NCBI GenBank assembly: GCA_050012855.1
Contig: JBEKGJ010000002.1
Span: forward strand, 24,842-88,841
DNA length: 64,000 nucleotides
Source of the DNA: Verrucomicrobiota bacterium
Lineage (GTDB): Bacteria; Verrucomicrobiota; Verrucomicrobiia; Limisphaerales; J093
Direction of reading: 5' to 3'
Positions 8,672-19,943 of the stretch are shown here, piece after piece (position 1 is the first letter of the stretch; each line of letters begins with the position of its first letter). The notes beneath the pieces were generated by a model. That model worked only from the letters and a program-made list of their open reading frames with translations, had not been told where the DNA came from and made no database searches. A program made the position numbers and the translations under genes.

Positions 8672-11071
8672 TTACTGCGGCAGCAGGACGTACCCGGTGC
8701 CGGCCTTGGTCGGAAACTCGATCACGCCCGGCGCGGGCTGGCTGACCTTGAGCGGCGCGCCCTTGCCGCCGGCGAGCACTTTCACGGGTTGCGCCGGGCG
8801 GACGCGACAGGCATTGCCGAGTAGCGATTTGATCTGCGCCGAGGCGAGGTTGCCGCCGCGCCAGGCCAGGTCCACTTCGAAGCCGCCGCGGGCGCGCAAC
8901 CCCTTCACGCTGCCGTCGGTCCAGGCTTTGGGTTTCGCCGGCAGCAGATCGAGTTCGCCGGCGTGGCTTTGCAGCAGCATCTCGGCGATCCCGGCCGTGC
9001 CGCCGAAATTGCCGTCAATCTGGAACGGCGGGTGCAGGTCGAACAGATTTGGCGCGGTGCTTTTGCGCAGGAGGGCGAGCAGATTGTCATGGGCCTGCTC
9101 CCCGTCGGCCAGGCGGGCCCAGAAGTTGATGATCCAGGCGCGGCTCCAGCCGGTGTGGCCGCCGCCGAACTTGAGGCGCCGCTCGATGGTGGCGCGCGCC
9201 GCCTTCGCCAGTTCCGGCGTGCCATGCGGCGTGATCTGCTTGCCCGGGTGCAGCGCGAACAGTTGCGACATGTGGCGGTGACCGGGCTCCGGTTCGTCGT
9301 AGTCCTCGGACCATTCCATGATCTGACCGTACTTGCCGACCTGCAGCGGCGGCAGGCGGTTCATGGTGGCCTTGAGTTTGGCCCGGAACTCGGCGTCCAC
9401 GTTCAGGACCTCGGCGGCGGCGATGCAGTTATTAAACAGGTCGCGGATGATCTCGTGGTCCATGGTCGGTCCCATGCACAAGCCGCCGACCTTGCCACTG
9501 GGCAGGCGATAGGTGTTTTCCGGCGAGCTGGACGGGCCGCTGACCAGCCGGCCCTTCGGATCTTCGACGAGCCAGTCGAGCATGAACTCGGCGGCTTCTT
9601 TCATGGTGGGATAGGCGCGCCGGGCGAGGAACTGTTTGTCGCCGGTGAAGGCATAGTGCTCCCACAGGTCCTGGCAGGCCCAGGCGGCGCCCATCGGCCA
9701 GAGCCCCCAGCCGGCGCCGTCGGCCGGGGTGGTGAAGCCCCAGACATCGGTGAGATGATGGGCCACAAAGCCGCGACAGCCGTAATGGACCTGGGCGGTT
9801 TTGCGGCCGGACTCGCGCAGGGATTCGATCAACTCGAACAGCGGCAGGTGGCACTCGCCGAGGTTGGCCACTTCCACGGGCCAATAATTCATTTCGAGGT
9901 TGATGTTCAGATGATAGTCCGCGTTCCACGGCGGGCTCATCCCTTCGGCCCACAGGCCCTGCAAGTTGGCCGGCAGGCCGCCGGGACGCGAGCTCGACAT
10001 CATCAGGTAGCGGCCGAATTGGAAATAGAGGGCGAGGAGTTGCGGGTCCACGCCCCCGGCCTGCACGGCGGCGAGGCGTTCGTCGGTGGGGCGCGAGGCC
10101 GCGTCGCCGGAGCTGCCCAGGTCAAGCGCCACGCGGTTGAAGAGTGACCGGTAGTCCTTGACGTGCGCGGCCAGCAGGTCCGCGTACGATCTTTTCGCGA
10201 GCTTGGTGATCTGTTCGCCGGCCACCTCGTCGGCGTCCTGGCCGCCGAAGCTCGTCGCGGCGGCGAGCAGCAGCGTGACGGCGTTGGCGCCGCGGACTTC
10301 CAGCCGACGCGTCGGGGTGAAGATCTGTCCCCCTTCGGCCGCGGCCCGCAGCATGACATGGTATTCCAGCCCGTTGCCGCGATCAATCTGGCCCTGCATC
10401 ACCAGCCGGTCCGGGGCGCGGGTGGATGTCGTGAAATCCTGCTCGCGATCCAGCAAGGCGAACAGCGTCAGCCCGCCCGGCTTCGAGCAGGTGACGCGCA
10501 TGACGATCACCTGGTCCGGATGGCTGGCGAAAATCTCGCGCGTGTAGCGGGCGTCGCCGACCCGGTAGCTGATCCGGACGACGCCGGTGGCCAGGTCCAG
10601 TTCCCGCCGGTAATCGGTTGCGCCTTCCTGGCCCGCGAATTCGATCCGCAGGTCGCCCAGCGATTGATATGGTTTCACCGTCATGGGCCGGCCCATCATT
10701 TTCTCGCCGGCCAGCTTGACGGCCTCGTCGGGCTTGCCCGCGAAGAGGAGGCGGCGCACCTCGGGCAGGGCCTTGAGCGCGTCGGGGTTCGTCGTGTCGC
10801 GCGGACCGCCCGACCAGAGGGTGTTTTCGTTCAACTGGAGATGTTCCCTGGCCGGATCGCCGAAGATCATGGCGCCAAGCCGGCCATTGCCGATGGGCAG
10901 GGCCTGGCGCTCCCAGTTTGTGGCCGGCTGGGTGAACCAGATCTTCAGGTCGCCGGTGGACGCGGAGGCGGGCTTCGTTGCCGCGACCAGGGGTGCGAGC
11001 AGGCTGGCGCCAATCGCGAGGCCAGTCAGGAACGGAACCCGCGACGGGCACAACGAGGAAAGCCGATGCAT
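8672..11071 (-). CDS. Glycoside hydrolase family 95 (alpha-L-fucosidase-like)
   Basis: The internal ATG at 11071 gives a signal peptide ([31 protein letters not shown]). The N-terminal block [36 protein letters not shown] plus a catalytic region of about 800 aa is typical of GH95. Confidence 0.88.
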   Translation of the reverse strand: MHRLSSLCPSRVPFLTGLAIGASLLAPLVAATKPASASTGDLKIWFTQPATNWERQALPIGNGRLGAMIFGDPAREHLQLNENTLWSGGPRDTTNPDALKALPEVRRLLFAGKPDEAVKLAGEKMMGRPMTVKPYQSLGDLRIEFAGQEGATDYRRELDLATGVVRISYRVGDARYTREIFASHPDQVIVMRVTCSKPGGLTLFALLDREQDFTTSTRAPDRLVMQGQIDRGNGLEYHVMLRAAAEGGQIFTPTRRLEVRGANAVTLLLAAATSFGGQDADEVAGEQITKLAKRSYADLLAAHVKDYRSLFNRVALDLGSSGDAASRPTDERLAAVQAGGVDPQLLALYFQFGRYLMMSSSRPGGLPANLQGLWAEGMSPPWNADYHLNINLEMNYWPVEVANLGECHLPLFELIESLRESGRKTAQVHYGCRGFVAHHLTDVWGFTTPADGAGWGLWPMGAAWACQDLWEHYAFTGDKQFLARRAYPTMKEAAEFMLDWLVEDPKGRLVSGPSSSPENTYRLPSGKVGGLCMGPTMDHEIIRDLFNNCIAAAEVLNVDAEFRAKLKATMNRLPPLQVGKYGQIMEWSEDYDEPEPGHRHMSQLFALHPGKQITPHGTPELAKAARATIERRLKFGGGHTGWSRAWIINFWARLADGEQAHDNLLALLRKSTAPNLFDLHPPFQIDGNFGGTAGIAEMLLQSHAGELDLLPAKPKAWTDGSVKGLRARGGFEVDLAWRGGNLASAQIKSLLGNACRVRPAQPVKVLAGGKGAPLKVSQPAPGVIEFPTKAGTGYVLLPQ

Positions 11072-11356
11072 GGCGGACACCGTTTCCGAATTGGGCGCAG
11101 GCGTCAAGCTTGTGACAGCGGAAAGACGTGTCCTGTTCTCCCACTCTCGGCGTGGCGCGAGCGGAGCTTGTTTCGCTGGGAGTTCCGTCTTTAGGCGGCC
11201 ATGACCGGCTGAAGCCGGGACTCCAAACTCCGGCGATGGCGGCAACAAGGACACTACGCGGCGGAGGTGGTCCCCCGCCCTTCGCCAAAACGACCCGTCT
11301 TTTGCGTTTGACCCGTTTTGACCTCGGCGCTTACGCTGTCACTTTGTCGTTACACT

Positions 11357-13048
11357 ATGATTGGCACAATTCGCAAGCACCAGACCTGGTTGTGGGGCAT
11401 CATCATCGTCGCGGTGATCGTGAGCTTCGTGATCTACTTCACGCCCACCGCGCGCATGGGGGGGGGCAGCGCGATGGGCGGGCACTATGGCACGATCAAC
11501 GGACGCGCCATCTCCCGCAAGCAGTACCTCGAGGCCGCCCGGGAGGCGCAACTGTCCATTTTCATCCGCAACGGCGTCTGGCTGGACAGCGGTGAGGCCC
11601 AGCGGAGCGGCATGAGCCTGGAGCGGGAAACCCGCAACCGGCTCGTCCTGATTGACTGCCTGAACAAGTACAATGTCCAGGTTCCCGAGACCGCCGTGGC
11701 CCAATTCATCGTGGACACCTTCAACGACCCTCGCCGCCCGGGCACGGCGGCCGCGGCCTACCAGAACTTCATCCAAACGAAACTGGACATTCACAACGTC
11801 AGCGAAGCCCAGTTCCAGGAATTCGCCCGCCACCAGACGGGGATCATGCATCTGCTGGCCGTGGCCGGCACTTCGGGCAAGCTCGTGACCCCCCGCGAGG
11901 CCGCGGCCCTGTTCCGCCAGGAACAGGAAAAAGTGCAGGCCCAGGCCGCGATCTTCTCGACCTCCAATTACCTGGCCAAGGTGACGCTCGACCCGGTGGG
12001 CCTGGCCCAGTTCTACACGAACAATCGCAGTCTTTACCGCGTGCCTGAGCGCGTCCAGCTCCACTACGTCACGTTCTCGCGGACCAATTACGAGACCCAG
12101 GCGGAGGCCGTGCTGACGGGCATCACCAACCTCCCCACCCTGCTCGAGAAGATCTACCTGGGCGGGGACCCGGGCAAGTTCACGGACACCAATGGCCAGG
12201 TCCTGCCGCCGGACGCCGCCAAGAAACTGATCCGCGAACAGATGCTTAACGAGCAGGCGCTGATTCTGGCGCACAAGGCGGCGGCCAGCTTCGCGACCAA
12301 CCTCGAAGCCATGACACCGGCACGGGCCGACAACCTCCTCACCCTTGCCAACAAACTGCAAGTCCCCGCCAGCACCACCGAACCTTTCACCCAGGAGGAA
12401 CTGCCGGTGAACCTCAAGGTCGGGTCGAGCTTCGGCGAACTGGCCTTCCGCCTGACTCCCGAGGAACCCATCTCGGCGCCGGTCGTTGGCGACGACCGGG
12501 CCAACGTTTACCTGGTCGCCCTCAAGCAGAAGATCCCCAGCGAGCTTCCCTCGTTCGACAGCCTCCGTCTGCGGGTGACCGACGATTACTTGCGGGACGA
12601 GGCAACCCGCCTGGCGCGCGCCGCCGGCACGAGTTTTGCCACGACCCTGACCAACGCCCTCGCGCAGGGCAAGAGCTTCGCCGACGCCTGTGCGAGTGCC
12701 GGGGTCACCCCCGCCAAGGTGCCGGCCTTCGCGCTGGCCTCGCGGTCGGTTGATGACCTGGATTCGCGGCTGAGCCTCGACCAGCTCAAGCGCGTCGCGG
12801 CCAACACGCCCGCCGGCAAGGCGACGGGTTTCCTGCCGACGTCCACCGGTGGTTTCGTGCTCTTCGTCAACGCCCGCGTGCCGGTGGCGGACACCGAAAT
12901 GAAAACGGAATTCCCCAAGTTCCTCGTCGAGTTGCGGCAGTCCGAGCAGTATCAATCCTCCGACGAATGGTTCCGTCGCCAGCTCCAATTGAGCCGGATT
13001 GACACCGTCCGCGGTCGCGACGAGGAGCCGGCAGGCGGCGGCCAATGA
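11357..13048 (+). CDS. PpiD/SurA-N-like periplasmic chaperone, membrane anchored
   Basis: The ATG at 11357 gives MIGTIRKHQTWLWGIIIVAVIVSFVIYF (N-terminal anchor typical of PpiD), followed by a long SurA-N-like region. I could not identify a parvulin catalytic block. Confidence 0.7.
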   Translation: MIGTIRKHQTWLWGIIIVAVIVSFVIYFTPTARMGGGSAMGGHYGTINGRAISRKQYLEAAREAQLSIFIRNGVWLDSGEAQRSGMSLERETRNRLVLIDCLNKYNVQVPETAVAQFIVDTFNDPRRPGTAAAAYQNFIQTKLDIHNVSEAQFQEFARHQTGIMHLLAVAGTSGKLVTPREAAALFRQEQEKVQAQAAIFSTSNYLAKVTLDPVGLAQFYTNNRSLYRVPERVQLHYVTFSRTNYETQAEAVLTGITNLPTLLEKIYLGGDPGKFTDTNGQVLPPDAAKKLIREQMLNEQALILAHKAAASFATNLEAMTPARADNLLTLANKLQVPASTTEPFTQEELPVNLKVGSSFGELAFRLTPEEPISAPVVGDDRANVYLVALKQKIPSELPSFDSLRLRVTDDYLRDEATRLARAAGTSFATTLTNALAQGKSFADACASAGVTPAKVPAFALASRSVDDLDSRLSLDQLKRVAANTPAGKATGFLPTSTGGFVLFVNARVPVADTEMKTEFPKFLVELRQSEQYQSSDEWFRRQLQLSRIDTVRGRDEEPAGGGQ

Positions 13049-13962
13049 CCTTGGGCGAACGACTGGGTGCCGCCGGCCCCGGTGGAACGGACCGGGAATC
13101 CGGCGGGCGCGACCCAAGCATGGCGAAGCCGGGTTTGCCCATCAAGATCTCCGCCCGCGCCACCCGCGAGTTCTGGGAAATCCCGGTGCTCTTCGAGGAC
13201 GAGTGGTTGTTGGCCTTGGACAAACCCGCCGGGCTCCCGACTTCGCCGGACCCACTGGCGCCCGCCCGGCCTGACCTCATGGGGTTGCTGCACGAAGCCA
13301 TCGCGCGGCACGTCCCGTGGGCCGCCAGCCGGTCGGTCGGCTATCTCACCAACGTTCATCGGCCCGACGGCGACACCAGCGGCGCGCTCCTGCTGGCCCG
13401 GGAGCGTTCCGCCCTGGTGGCCCTGGCGAACCAGTTCAACGCGGATCTGCCCGTGACGACCTGTCTGGCGATGGCGCAGGGTGTGCCCCCGGACGAGGCT
13501 TGGGAGGTCGAGGCGCCGCTGGCGTCACACCCGACCCGGCCGGGGTGTCTGCGGGTGGACCTCAAGCGCGGCAAGAAAGCCCGGACCCGTTTCGCGGTGA
13601 TCGAGCGGTTTGGCGGCTACGCCCTGCTGCGTTGCGAGCCCTCCATCAACCGCCGGCACCAGGTCCGGTTGCATCTGCGACATTGCGGCTTGTGCCTGGT
13701 GGGCGATTCACTGTACGGCGGCCGGCCGTTGTTGCTGTCGCGACTCAAACCAGGTTATCGCTTCAAGGCCGACCGGGACGAACGGCCCTTGCTGGGCCGC
13801 GCCGCCCTGCATCTGGAGCGGCTGACGGTCCGGCATCCGGCCACGGGCGGGGAAGTCGTCATCAACTCGCCCACGCCCAAAGATTTCCTGGTGGCGGTGA
13901 AGTTCCTGCGCCGCTACGCGCCGGCCGGCACGCCGAGCCCGGACAGTCCCGAACCCGGCTGA
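13045..13962 (+). CDS. RluA-family pseudouridine synthase
   Basis: Contains LDKPAGLPTSPD and VHRPDGDTSGALLLARE (HRLD..TSG-type catalytic Asp motif). The ATG at 13045 overlaps the upstream stop (ATGA). An alternative start is the ATG at 13120. Confidence 0.85.
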   Translation: MTLGERLGAAGPGGTDRESGGRDPSMAKPGLPIKISARATREFWEIPVLFEDEWLLALDKPAGLPTSPDPLAPARPDLMGLLHEAIARHVPWAASRSVGYLTNVHRPDGDTSGALLLARERSALVALANQFNADLPVTTCLAMAQGVPPDEAWEVEAPLASHPTRPGCLRVDLKRGKKARTRFAVIERFGGYALLRCEPSINRRHQVRLHLRHCGLCLVGDSLYGGRPLLLSRLKPGYRFKADRDERPLLGRAALHLERLTVRHPATGGEVVINSPTPKDFLVAVKFLRRYAPAGTPSPDSPEPG

Positions 13963-13991
13963 ACCTCCCCAAGATCGAAGCGCAAGCCGGG

Positions 13992-14852
13992 TCAGGGCTG
14001 GGCGTCTTCCCGGCCCGGTTCATCTTCTTCTTCGATTTCCTCGCGCATCTTGCGGGAGATGCGCGGGCGGATGAAACCGTAGAGCAGGTAGGCGGTGAAG
14101 ATAACCGGCAACACCACCGGCAGGATCGCTTCGCGCAGGACGAGGAGCACGCCCAGGAAAAGCGCGCCGACCACGAGCTTGGCGAAGGGACGCTGGACGC
14201 CGAGGTTGAGATTCTTGAACGACGGATATTTGACCTCGCTCACCATCATAAACGAGAGAAAGAGCATGGTGCCAGGCAGCATGTAACGCCAGGTCCCCTG
14301 GGCGAAATCGCGGTCCTCGCCCCAGATGATGAACAGCGTGAGCGACGCCACGAGGCCCGCGGCCGCCGGGATCGGGAAGCCAAGGAACTCCTTGCCGCCG
14401 CCGCCGCCGTTCATCGTGGCCAGGCAGTTGAACCGCGCCAGCCGCAGGGCGCCGCAGATCAGATACACGGAGGCGATGAACCAGCCGATTTCCGGGTGGC
14501 GCACGAACACATCCTTGAGCACGATCCGGTGCACGAGGAACGCCGGCGCGACCCCGAACGACACCAGATCCGCCAGGGAATCGAACTCCCGTCCGAAAGG
14601 ACTTTCGTGGCCGCCCCAGCGCGCCACGCGCCCGTCCAGCAGGTCGAAGATGCAGGCCAGCAGAATGAAGAACAGCGCGCGCCGGATGGCCGCGCCGAAG
14701 TCAGGGGCGTCGGCATCCGCCTCGACGATCTTGGTCAGGGCCACGAAACCGCAGAACAGGTTGCCGGCCGTCATCAGGTTCGGCAGGAAATAAATCCGCA
14801 GCTTCGGCGTGGCGCTGCCGTCCGCCGGTCGGGAGGAGATTTCGTCCGCCAT
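13992..14852 (-). CDS. pssA: CDP-diacylglycerol--serine O-phosphatidyltransferase
   Basis: CDP-alcohol phosphatidyltransferase motif DLLDGRVARWGGHESPFGREFDSLADLVSFG. The start ATG at 14852 lies 5 nt after the psd stop. Confidence 0.9.
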   Translation of the reverse strand: MADEISSRPADGSATPKLRIYFLPNLMTAGNLFCGFVALTKIVEADADAPDFGAAIRRALFFILLACIFDLLDGRVARWGGHESPFGREFDSLADLVSFGVAPAFLVHRIVLKDVFVRHPEIGWFIASVYLICGALRLARFNCLATMNGGGGGKEFLGFPIPAAAGLVASLTLFIIWGEDRDFAQGTWRYMLPGTMLFLSFMMVSEVKYPSFKNLNLGVQRPFAKLVVGALFLGVLLVLREAILPVVLPVIFTAYLLYGFIRPRISRKMREEIEEEDEPGREDAQP

Positions 14853-14856
14853 GTTC

Positions 14857-15543
14857 TCAGGTCCGGGTGGCGAGGATGCTCTCCCCGCCCCGCACGCGAT
14901 CACCGGGTTTCACCTTCACCTGGACCGACATCGGCAGATAGACGTCGCACCGCGACCCGAACTGGATGAGGCTGATCCGACCTCCGCGCTCGACGCGGTC
15001 GCCCGCCTTCACCCACGGCACAATGCGCCGCGCAATGAGCCCGGCGATGAGCCGGACGCCGATGCGCTCGCCCGGCCGTTCCGTCGAGGCAAAACCGAGC
15101 AGCACGTTTTCGTTGAGCGTGGCCGAATCCTGCCGCATCGCATTCAGAAACTGTCCGGGTGTGTGGGTGCACACGACGACCTCGCCGGCCACCGGCGACC
15201 GCTGCACATGGACATCGAAAATCGAGAGAAAAATGGAAACCCGCCGGCAGCGCCCGACCGTCGTGACCGGCTCCTCCCACTCATCCACGAGGTCCACCTT
15301 GCCCGAGGCCGGCGATACGATCGCTTCCGGCGCTGGCGGCACCCGGGCTTCGGGGTCGCGGAAGAAGATGAGGCAGGCGATCAGAAACAGCACCCACACG
15401 CCGAACAAGCCGCCGGCGACATGGACGATCACCTCGCCCAGAAGCCGGGCGAGCGTGGCTGCCAGCATGAGGGCCAGCAGGGAAAACAGTGTCCAATAAA
15501 TCAGCTTGAGGGCGGCGCGAGTGGCCTTGCCCGCGTGTTTCAT
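14857..15543 (-). CDS. psd: Phosphatidylserine decarboxylase proenzyme (short form)
   Basis: Contains FFRDPEARVP, SIFLSIFDVHVQRSPVAG and LIQFGSRCDVYLP (G-S self-cleavage site). It forms an operon with pssA. Confidence 0.9.
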   Translation of the reverse strand: MKHAGKATRAALKLIYWTLFSLLALMLAATLARLLGEVIVHVAGGLFGVWVLFLIACLIFFRDPEARVPPAPEAIVSPASGKVDLVDEWEEPVTTVGRCRRVSIFLSIFDVHVQRSPVAGEVVVCTHTPGQFLNAMRQDSATLNENVLLGFASTERPGERIGVRLIAGLIARRIVPWVKAGDRVERGGRISLIQFGSRCDVYLPMSVQVKVKPGDRVRGGESILATRT

Positions 15544-15618
15544 GGCCCCAGTCTAGGCCGCTCCGCCCGAATGAAAAGCCGATATTTGGCCCCGCGCCCC
15601 GCCCCCGGCTTCCACGCG

Positions 15619-17244
15619 TCAAGGCGAAACCAGCAGCCGGAAGAAATCGTACGGCGGGGTCGTCAGCCGGTCGAACGTGAACTGCTGGACCGATCCCTGC
15701 CCAATCCCGTTGGTCAGACTGGTCCAGGCGACGAGGTTGGTCGAACCGTCAATTTCGAAGTGCAACCCGTTGAGCCCGCTCACCGTGAACTGGAACTGGC
15801 GGAAATTGGCGGGATCCGGAATCAGCGCGAGGCTGGTGAGCTGGAACGTGGGGGCGCTTGTCCCCGAACTGCGGGCGCGGAAGGCGGCAAATTTCTTGCC
15901 GGCGGTCACCGGAAAACTCACCGCGTTCGTCGGTCCGGCAAGCACGTTGGTGCTGACGGGGGTCCAGGCGATCAGGTCGCCGCTGGTTTCGACAATGACG
16001 GCGACGCCGGCGGTCCCGTTGATCGTGAACTGGAAGCTCGCGGCATTCGTGCCCACGGACAGCAGTTTCGGACTGGTCAGCGTGATCGGCCCGGAAACCG
16101 TGCTGACGGTGATGCTCACCGGGGCGGACAGCGTGGTGGCGCCGAGGTTGTCGGTGGCCCGGGCGGTAAGGGTGTAGCTCCCGGCCGCCAGATTGGCCGC
16201 GGTGACCGTGAACGGCGCGCTGGTGGCGGTGCCGACGAGGACGGTACCGACGTAGAAATCCACGCGCGCCACGGTGCCGTCGGGATCGCTCGCGCTGGCG
16301 GTCAGGATGACGTTGGCGGGCGCAGTGAACGTGGCATTGTTGGCGGGTGCGGTTAGGGCGATCTGGGGCGGTTGATTCGGCAGGACGAGGTCGCCGATGA
16401 TCGTCAGGTTGCGCACATCGCCAATGAGATCGCCCGGCACGAAGACCGTGCCCCAACTGGCGTAGTAGCCAAAGGCGCTGGCGTTCGTGGCCGGTGTCGG
16501 CAAAGAAGTGAGCAATTCGATGGTTTCGCCAATCTGGGTCAGGTTCGTCGTACCGGTGGTGGACTGAAAGGCCTGGGCGGTGAGGTGCGTCGTGACGTTG
16601 GTCAGGACCGCACGGTCGGCGCCGGTGGGCGGGGCGAACGTCAGGCTGAGCGTGGCGAAGCTCGTGGGATCGTATCCGGCCAGGTCCGACCACGTGGACC
16701 CGAGACTGGCAAACGCGGGCGACCCGTCGAGGTTGAACAGACTGGTCGTTGACTCGTTCGTGTCACCCGACGCGGCGGTAAAGTCGATCACGATGACTTC
16801 CAGGACGCCGGCAAAGCTGGAAGGGATGGTGCGGAAGGCAATGCCCTGGCCGGCGACCGGGTCCAGCCAGCCCATCACGCCGATCCGGTTCTGGCCGGAG
16901 GTGTCCGCCGGCAACACATCCGCCCGGACCGTGTAATTGGTGCCCAGCAGTTGGAGTCCCGTCGGGTACCAGGCGGCCGAGATCGGAAAATCAACCAGGC
17001 CGTCGGGCGTTTGCTGGGCGAGCAGGGCGTTCCCGAAATTAGGATCCACGGTCAGCGTCAGGTCCGCGCCCCCCGTGCCATTGGCGTTGATGATGCGGGC
17101 GAGGTTCGCCGTGGTGGTGCCGTCATTGACCACGTTGGTGGAAATGAGGTTGGTGGAAGACTGGGCGAAGGTTCCGACCGCGCCGAACAGCAGTGTGGCG
17201 AACAACCCGGCATAACGGCGGAGCAAGCATCCTCGAAGGTTCAT
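15619..17244 (-). CDS. Secreted Ig-like domain protein
   Basis: The ATG at 17244 gives signal peptide MNLRGCLLRRYAGLFATLLFGAVGTFAQS. It has an Ig-like module (DPDGTVARVDFYVGTVLVGTATSAPFTVTAANLAAGSYTLTARATDNLG) and two C-terminal modules ending ...FEIDGSTNLVAWTSLT...YDFFRLLVSP. Confidence 0.7.
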   Translation of the reverse strand: MNLRGCLLRRYAGLFATLLFGAVGTFAQSSTNLISTNVVNDGTTTANLARIINANGTGGADLTLTVDPNFGNALLAQQTPDGLVDFPISAAWYPTGLQLLGTNYTVRADVLPADTSGQNRIGVMGWLDPVAGQGIAFRTIPSSFAGVLEVIVIDFTAASGDTNESTTSLFNLDGSPAFASLGSTWSDLAGYDPTSFATLSLTFAPPTGADRAVLTNVTTHLTAQAFQSTTGTTNLTQIGETIELLTSLPTPATNASAFGYYASWGTVFVPGDLIGDVRNLTIIGDLVLPNQPPQIALTAPANNATFTAPANVILTASASDPDGTVARVDFYVGTVLVGTATSAPFTVTAANLAAGSYTLTARATDNLGATTLSAPVSITVSTVSGPITLTSPKLLSVGTNAASFQFTINGTAGVAVIVETSGDLIAWTPVSTNVLAGPTNAVSFPVTAGKKFAAFRARSSGTSAPTFQLTSLALIPDPANFRQFQFTVSGLNGLHFEIDGSTNLVAWTSLTNGIGQGSVQQFTFDRLTTPPYDFFRLLVSP

Positions 17245-17316
17245 CTTGCCGGCGAGGCTAGCGAACCGTCGCGCGCCGCACAAATGGTTTTGCACGTCGC
17301 GGTTCAAGTCGCCGTT

Positions 17317-18606
17317 CTACAGCAGGCTCTTCGCCGGACCGCAGAACCGGGTGAACGCCCCGCCGAACAGGTTGCGGACATCGCGCTCGATCTCCACGGC
17401 GGTCGGCTCCCAGCCGGTCGCGGCCAGGTCGGCGTATTTGTCCGCGAGGACGTGCGTGACCACCTTCCGCGCGTGGTCCCACTTGTAGATGATCTGGTCG
17501 AGCACGCGGGCGTCCGAGTGCTGGACGGTGAAGCCGGTGCCGAGCAGTTCGAGGCGAAGGCGGGTGATTTCATCCACGAGGTAGGGGATGTTGGTGAACC
17601 ACCAGCAGCCGAAGACGTGGAGGTTCGGGAATTTGCGCGCGAGCACGCACAGCTCGTGCTGGTTCTCGCGCGCCAGCACCGTGACGAGGAATTTATTCTC
17701 CGGAAAAGCGGCGCACAGATTCGCCAGCGCCGTCAGGTCACCGGGGCCGACGCCATCGCCGGCCAGCCGCAGGTGCGGGTTGACACCGCGTTGCACCCCC
17801 AGCATGAGCGCCAGCGGCAGGCCGAATTCGCGGCAGTGAGGAAGCACGGCGCCTTCGAGGAGTTGCGCGATGTCCGTGCCGGCGGGGAAGGCGAAGGTGG
17901 GCGGCAGCGACACCATCAGGTAACGCGCCTCCATCAGGCCGGTCCAGTCGGCGAGAAAGCGGCGCACTTCGCTGAGGGTCGAGGTGGACAGGCCTTCGCC
18001 GACCTGATAGCCCCAACCGGCGAGACGGCCCGCGGCCGTGGGCCAGTCCAGCAGCAGGGGATCCACGCGGAGGGCCGCGATGAAGCGGTCGTCGCGAAGG
18101 AAGCCCTTCTGCCACACCGGCCGTTCCGCGCTGTCGAACGGCGAGTTGGTCATGAAGATGGCCTCGACGTTGGCCAGTTCCATGCACCGGGTGATGTAGG
18201 TGTCCACCGGCCATTGCTTGAACCATTCACGCACCGCCGACAGGTCGCGTTTCTTCACTTCCAGGCCGAGGCGATGGAGCGTGGTGAGCACGCCGCGACA
18301 CGCCTCCGAAACCGGCGAATGTTCGAGGAACAGGGTGTCCCAGATCAGCTCGGACTGTTCGAGTTTGGTCAGCAGCCAGAACTTCTCCGGCGGCATGTCC
18401 AGCCAGCGGAACGCCTCGGCGACGAGGTAATGATAGACCAGCAGGTCATCAATGCCCCAGAGCAGCAGGCCGCCCAGCGTGGGGTCATACAGATGGGTGT
18501 GGATGTCCGTGACGGGCGTGGCGGCAACGACGCGTTCGATCTGGGCTGTGAGCGCAGCGCGACGGAACTCGGTGACCGGGGCGTTCATCGGGACGCAATC
18601 TGCCAT
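17317..18606 (-). CDS. Glucuronate isomerase (UxaC)-like amidohydrolase-fold protein
   Basis: Contains VTDIHTHLYDP (HxH), GCWWFTN (compare GSGWWFND in UxaC) and QHSDARVLDQIIYKWDHAR (compare LTDSRSFLSYTRHEYFRR). Order and spacing match UxaC-family proteins. Confidence 0.65.
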   Translation of the reverse strand: MADCVPMNAPVTEFRRAALTAQIERVVAATPVTDIHTHLYDPTLGGLLLWGIDDLLVYHYLVAEAFRWLDMPPEKFWLLTKLEQSELIWDTLFLEHSPVSEACRGVLTTLHRLGLEVKKRDLSAVREWFKQWPVDTYITRCMELANVEAIFMTNSPFDSAERPVWQKGFLRDDRFIAALRVDPLLLDWPTAAGRLAGWGYQVGEGLSTSTLSEVRRFLADWTGLMEARYLMVSLPPTFAFPAGTDIAQLLEGAVLPHCREFGLPLALMLGVQRGVNPHLRLAGDGVGPGDLTALANLCAAFPENKFLVTVLARENQHELCVLARKFPNLHVFGCWWFTNIPYLVDEITRLRLELLGTGFTVQHSDARVLDQIIYKWDHARKVVTHVLADKYADLAATGWEPTAVEIERDVRNLFGGAFTRFCGPAKSLL

Positions 18607-18654
18607 CCGGCCCGGATCAAGGCGATGAAATTGTGGGCGCCGCGCCCGGCACAG

Positions 18655-19911
18655 TCAGTCGTGAGGCCGTTGGCCGACGGTCCCGCCGACTTCCGGCCGC
18701 AGAATCTGGAATCCACCGTCCGTACGAAACGCGACCACCCGGAGGGGCAGACGCTGATTGCCCGCGTGGTCGAACACCAGCTCGCCCGTCACCCCGGGCA
18801 GGCTCCGCGTGAGCGGAAACTCGCGAAACGCTGGCCGGCCGTCAGCCCGGTTCAGCACATCGGCCAGGAGCCGGACTGCATCGAACGCCAGCCCGGCGAC
18901 CAGGTCCGGCGGCTCCGGTTGGGCCGCAGGCGGCCCGCTTGCGGCCGTCGGACCAGGTGCGCCTTCGGAGAACTCCCGCCGGAATCGCTCCCACCATACG
19001 TTGGTTTCGGTGACCGCCAGCGGCAACGGGAAGAGGATGCCTTCGGCGCTTGGGGCTTGGGTCCGAAGAACGGCCGGCGACCAGGAACGACTGGGCGCGG
19101 CGATGGCACCGGTATAGCCCGCGTTGCGCAGGGACTTCGCGACACCCACCACCGCCGCGGCGTCGAGCCAGGCCAGGATGAGGTCCGGTTTCGCGGCCAG
19201 CGCCCGTGAAACAAGGCCGGCCGTGGGTGCGATCCCAGCGGGCACGGCGAAACTGTCCACCCACGCGACCTGAACGGCCCGGGCGGCCGACTGGAGATCG
19301 TTGGTTACCTCACGACCGGCCCGATCCGTGGGCACGAAGGCCACCACCCGCAAAGGAGGCGATCCGGCCGGCCGGCGCAACGCCGCGAACACGGCCGCCG
19401 CTTCCTCGTCCGTCCGCGGACCCACGCGGATCGTCCACGGGATCCCGGTCCTCGTGACGGAGGTGTCGGCACTCAGCGACACCACGGGCACGCGCGTGCG
19501 GCCGGCGACCTGGAGGGCCTGATGGACGACCGCGCCGCCGGTGGGCGCCACCAAAGCAACCACGTCCTCGTCGAGCGCGAGCGCGACCGCTTCGTCGCCG
19601 TCGGTTCCCCACTGGCCGGGTTTGCCGCGCACGATCAGTTGAACCTTGCGGCCGGATTGGCGGTTGACCATGACGACACCGAGTTGGGCGCCGCGAAGAA
19701 TGTCACCGGCATCCGCTTCGCTCGGCGGCAGCAGCAAACCGATTTTGACGACCGCCGGCCTGACGTTGACGGGCGGCGGTTCCGCCGGGGCCGTGATCGT
19801 CAGCAATCCGCCGCAGATGGCCAGCCACCACCATCGGTGCGGCCGGCCCAAACGCACGCGGCACCCGCGAACGACCGCAGCCCAGTCCCGTGTCCGGCCA
19901 TGACAGCTCAT
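18655..19911 (-). CDS. Periplasmic substrate-binding protein (LivJ/Peripla_BP_6-like)
   Basis: KIGLLLPPSEADAGDILRGAQLGVVMVNRQSGRKVQLIVR...VVALVAPTGGAVVHQALQVAGRTRVPVVSL. The start ATG at 19911 avoids overlap with the upstream paralogue. Confidence 0.72.
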   Translation of the reverse strand: MSCHGRTRDWAAVVRGCRVRLGRPHRWWWLAICGGLLTITAPAEPPPVNVRPAVVKIGLLLPPSEADAGDILRGAQLGVVMVNRQSGRKVQLIVRGKPGQWGTDGDEAVALALDEDVVALVAPTGGAVVHQALQVAGRTRVPVVSLSADTSVTRTGIPWTIRVGPRTDEEAAAVFAALRRPAGSPPLRVVAFVPTDRAGREVTNDLQSAARAVQVAWVDSFAVPAGIAPTAGLVSRALAAKPDLILAWLDAAAVVGVAKSLRNAGYTGAIAAPSRSWSPAVLRTQAPSAEGILFPLPLAVTETNVWWERFRREFSEGAPGPTAASGPPAAQPEPPDLVAGLAFDAVRLLADVLNRADGRPAFREFPLTRSLPGVTGELVFDHAGNQRLPLRVVAFRTDGGFQILRPEVGGTVGQRPHD

Positions 19912-19943
19912 GGAATGCGGCTGCAGGTGAACAACTCCGCCGC

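Noticed and set aside
8312-8824. 170-aa + ORF and 8236..8595 - ORF in the gap downstream of GH95.
   Set aside because: They have no recognisable motif and low-complexity composition, and the + ORF runs into the GH95 3' end. This is not enough to call a gene, although a decayed gene cannot be excluded.
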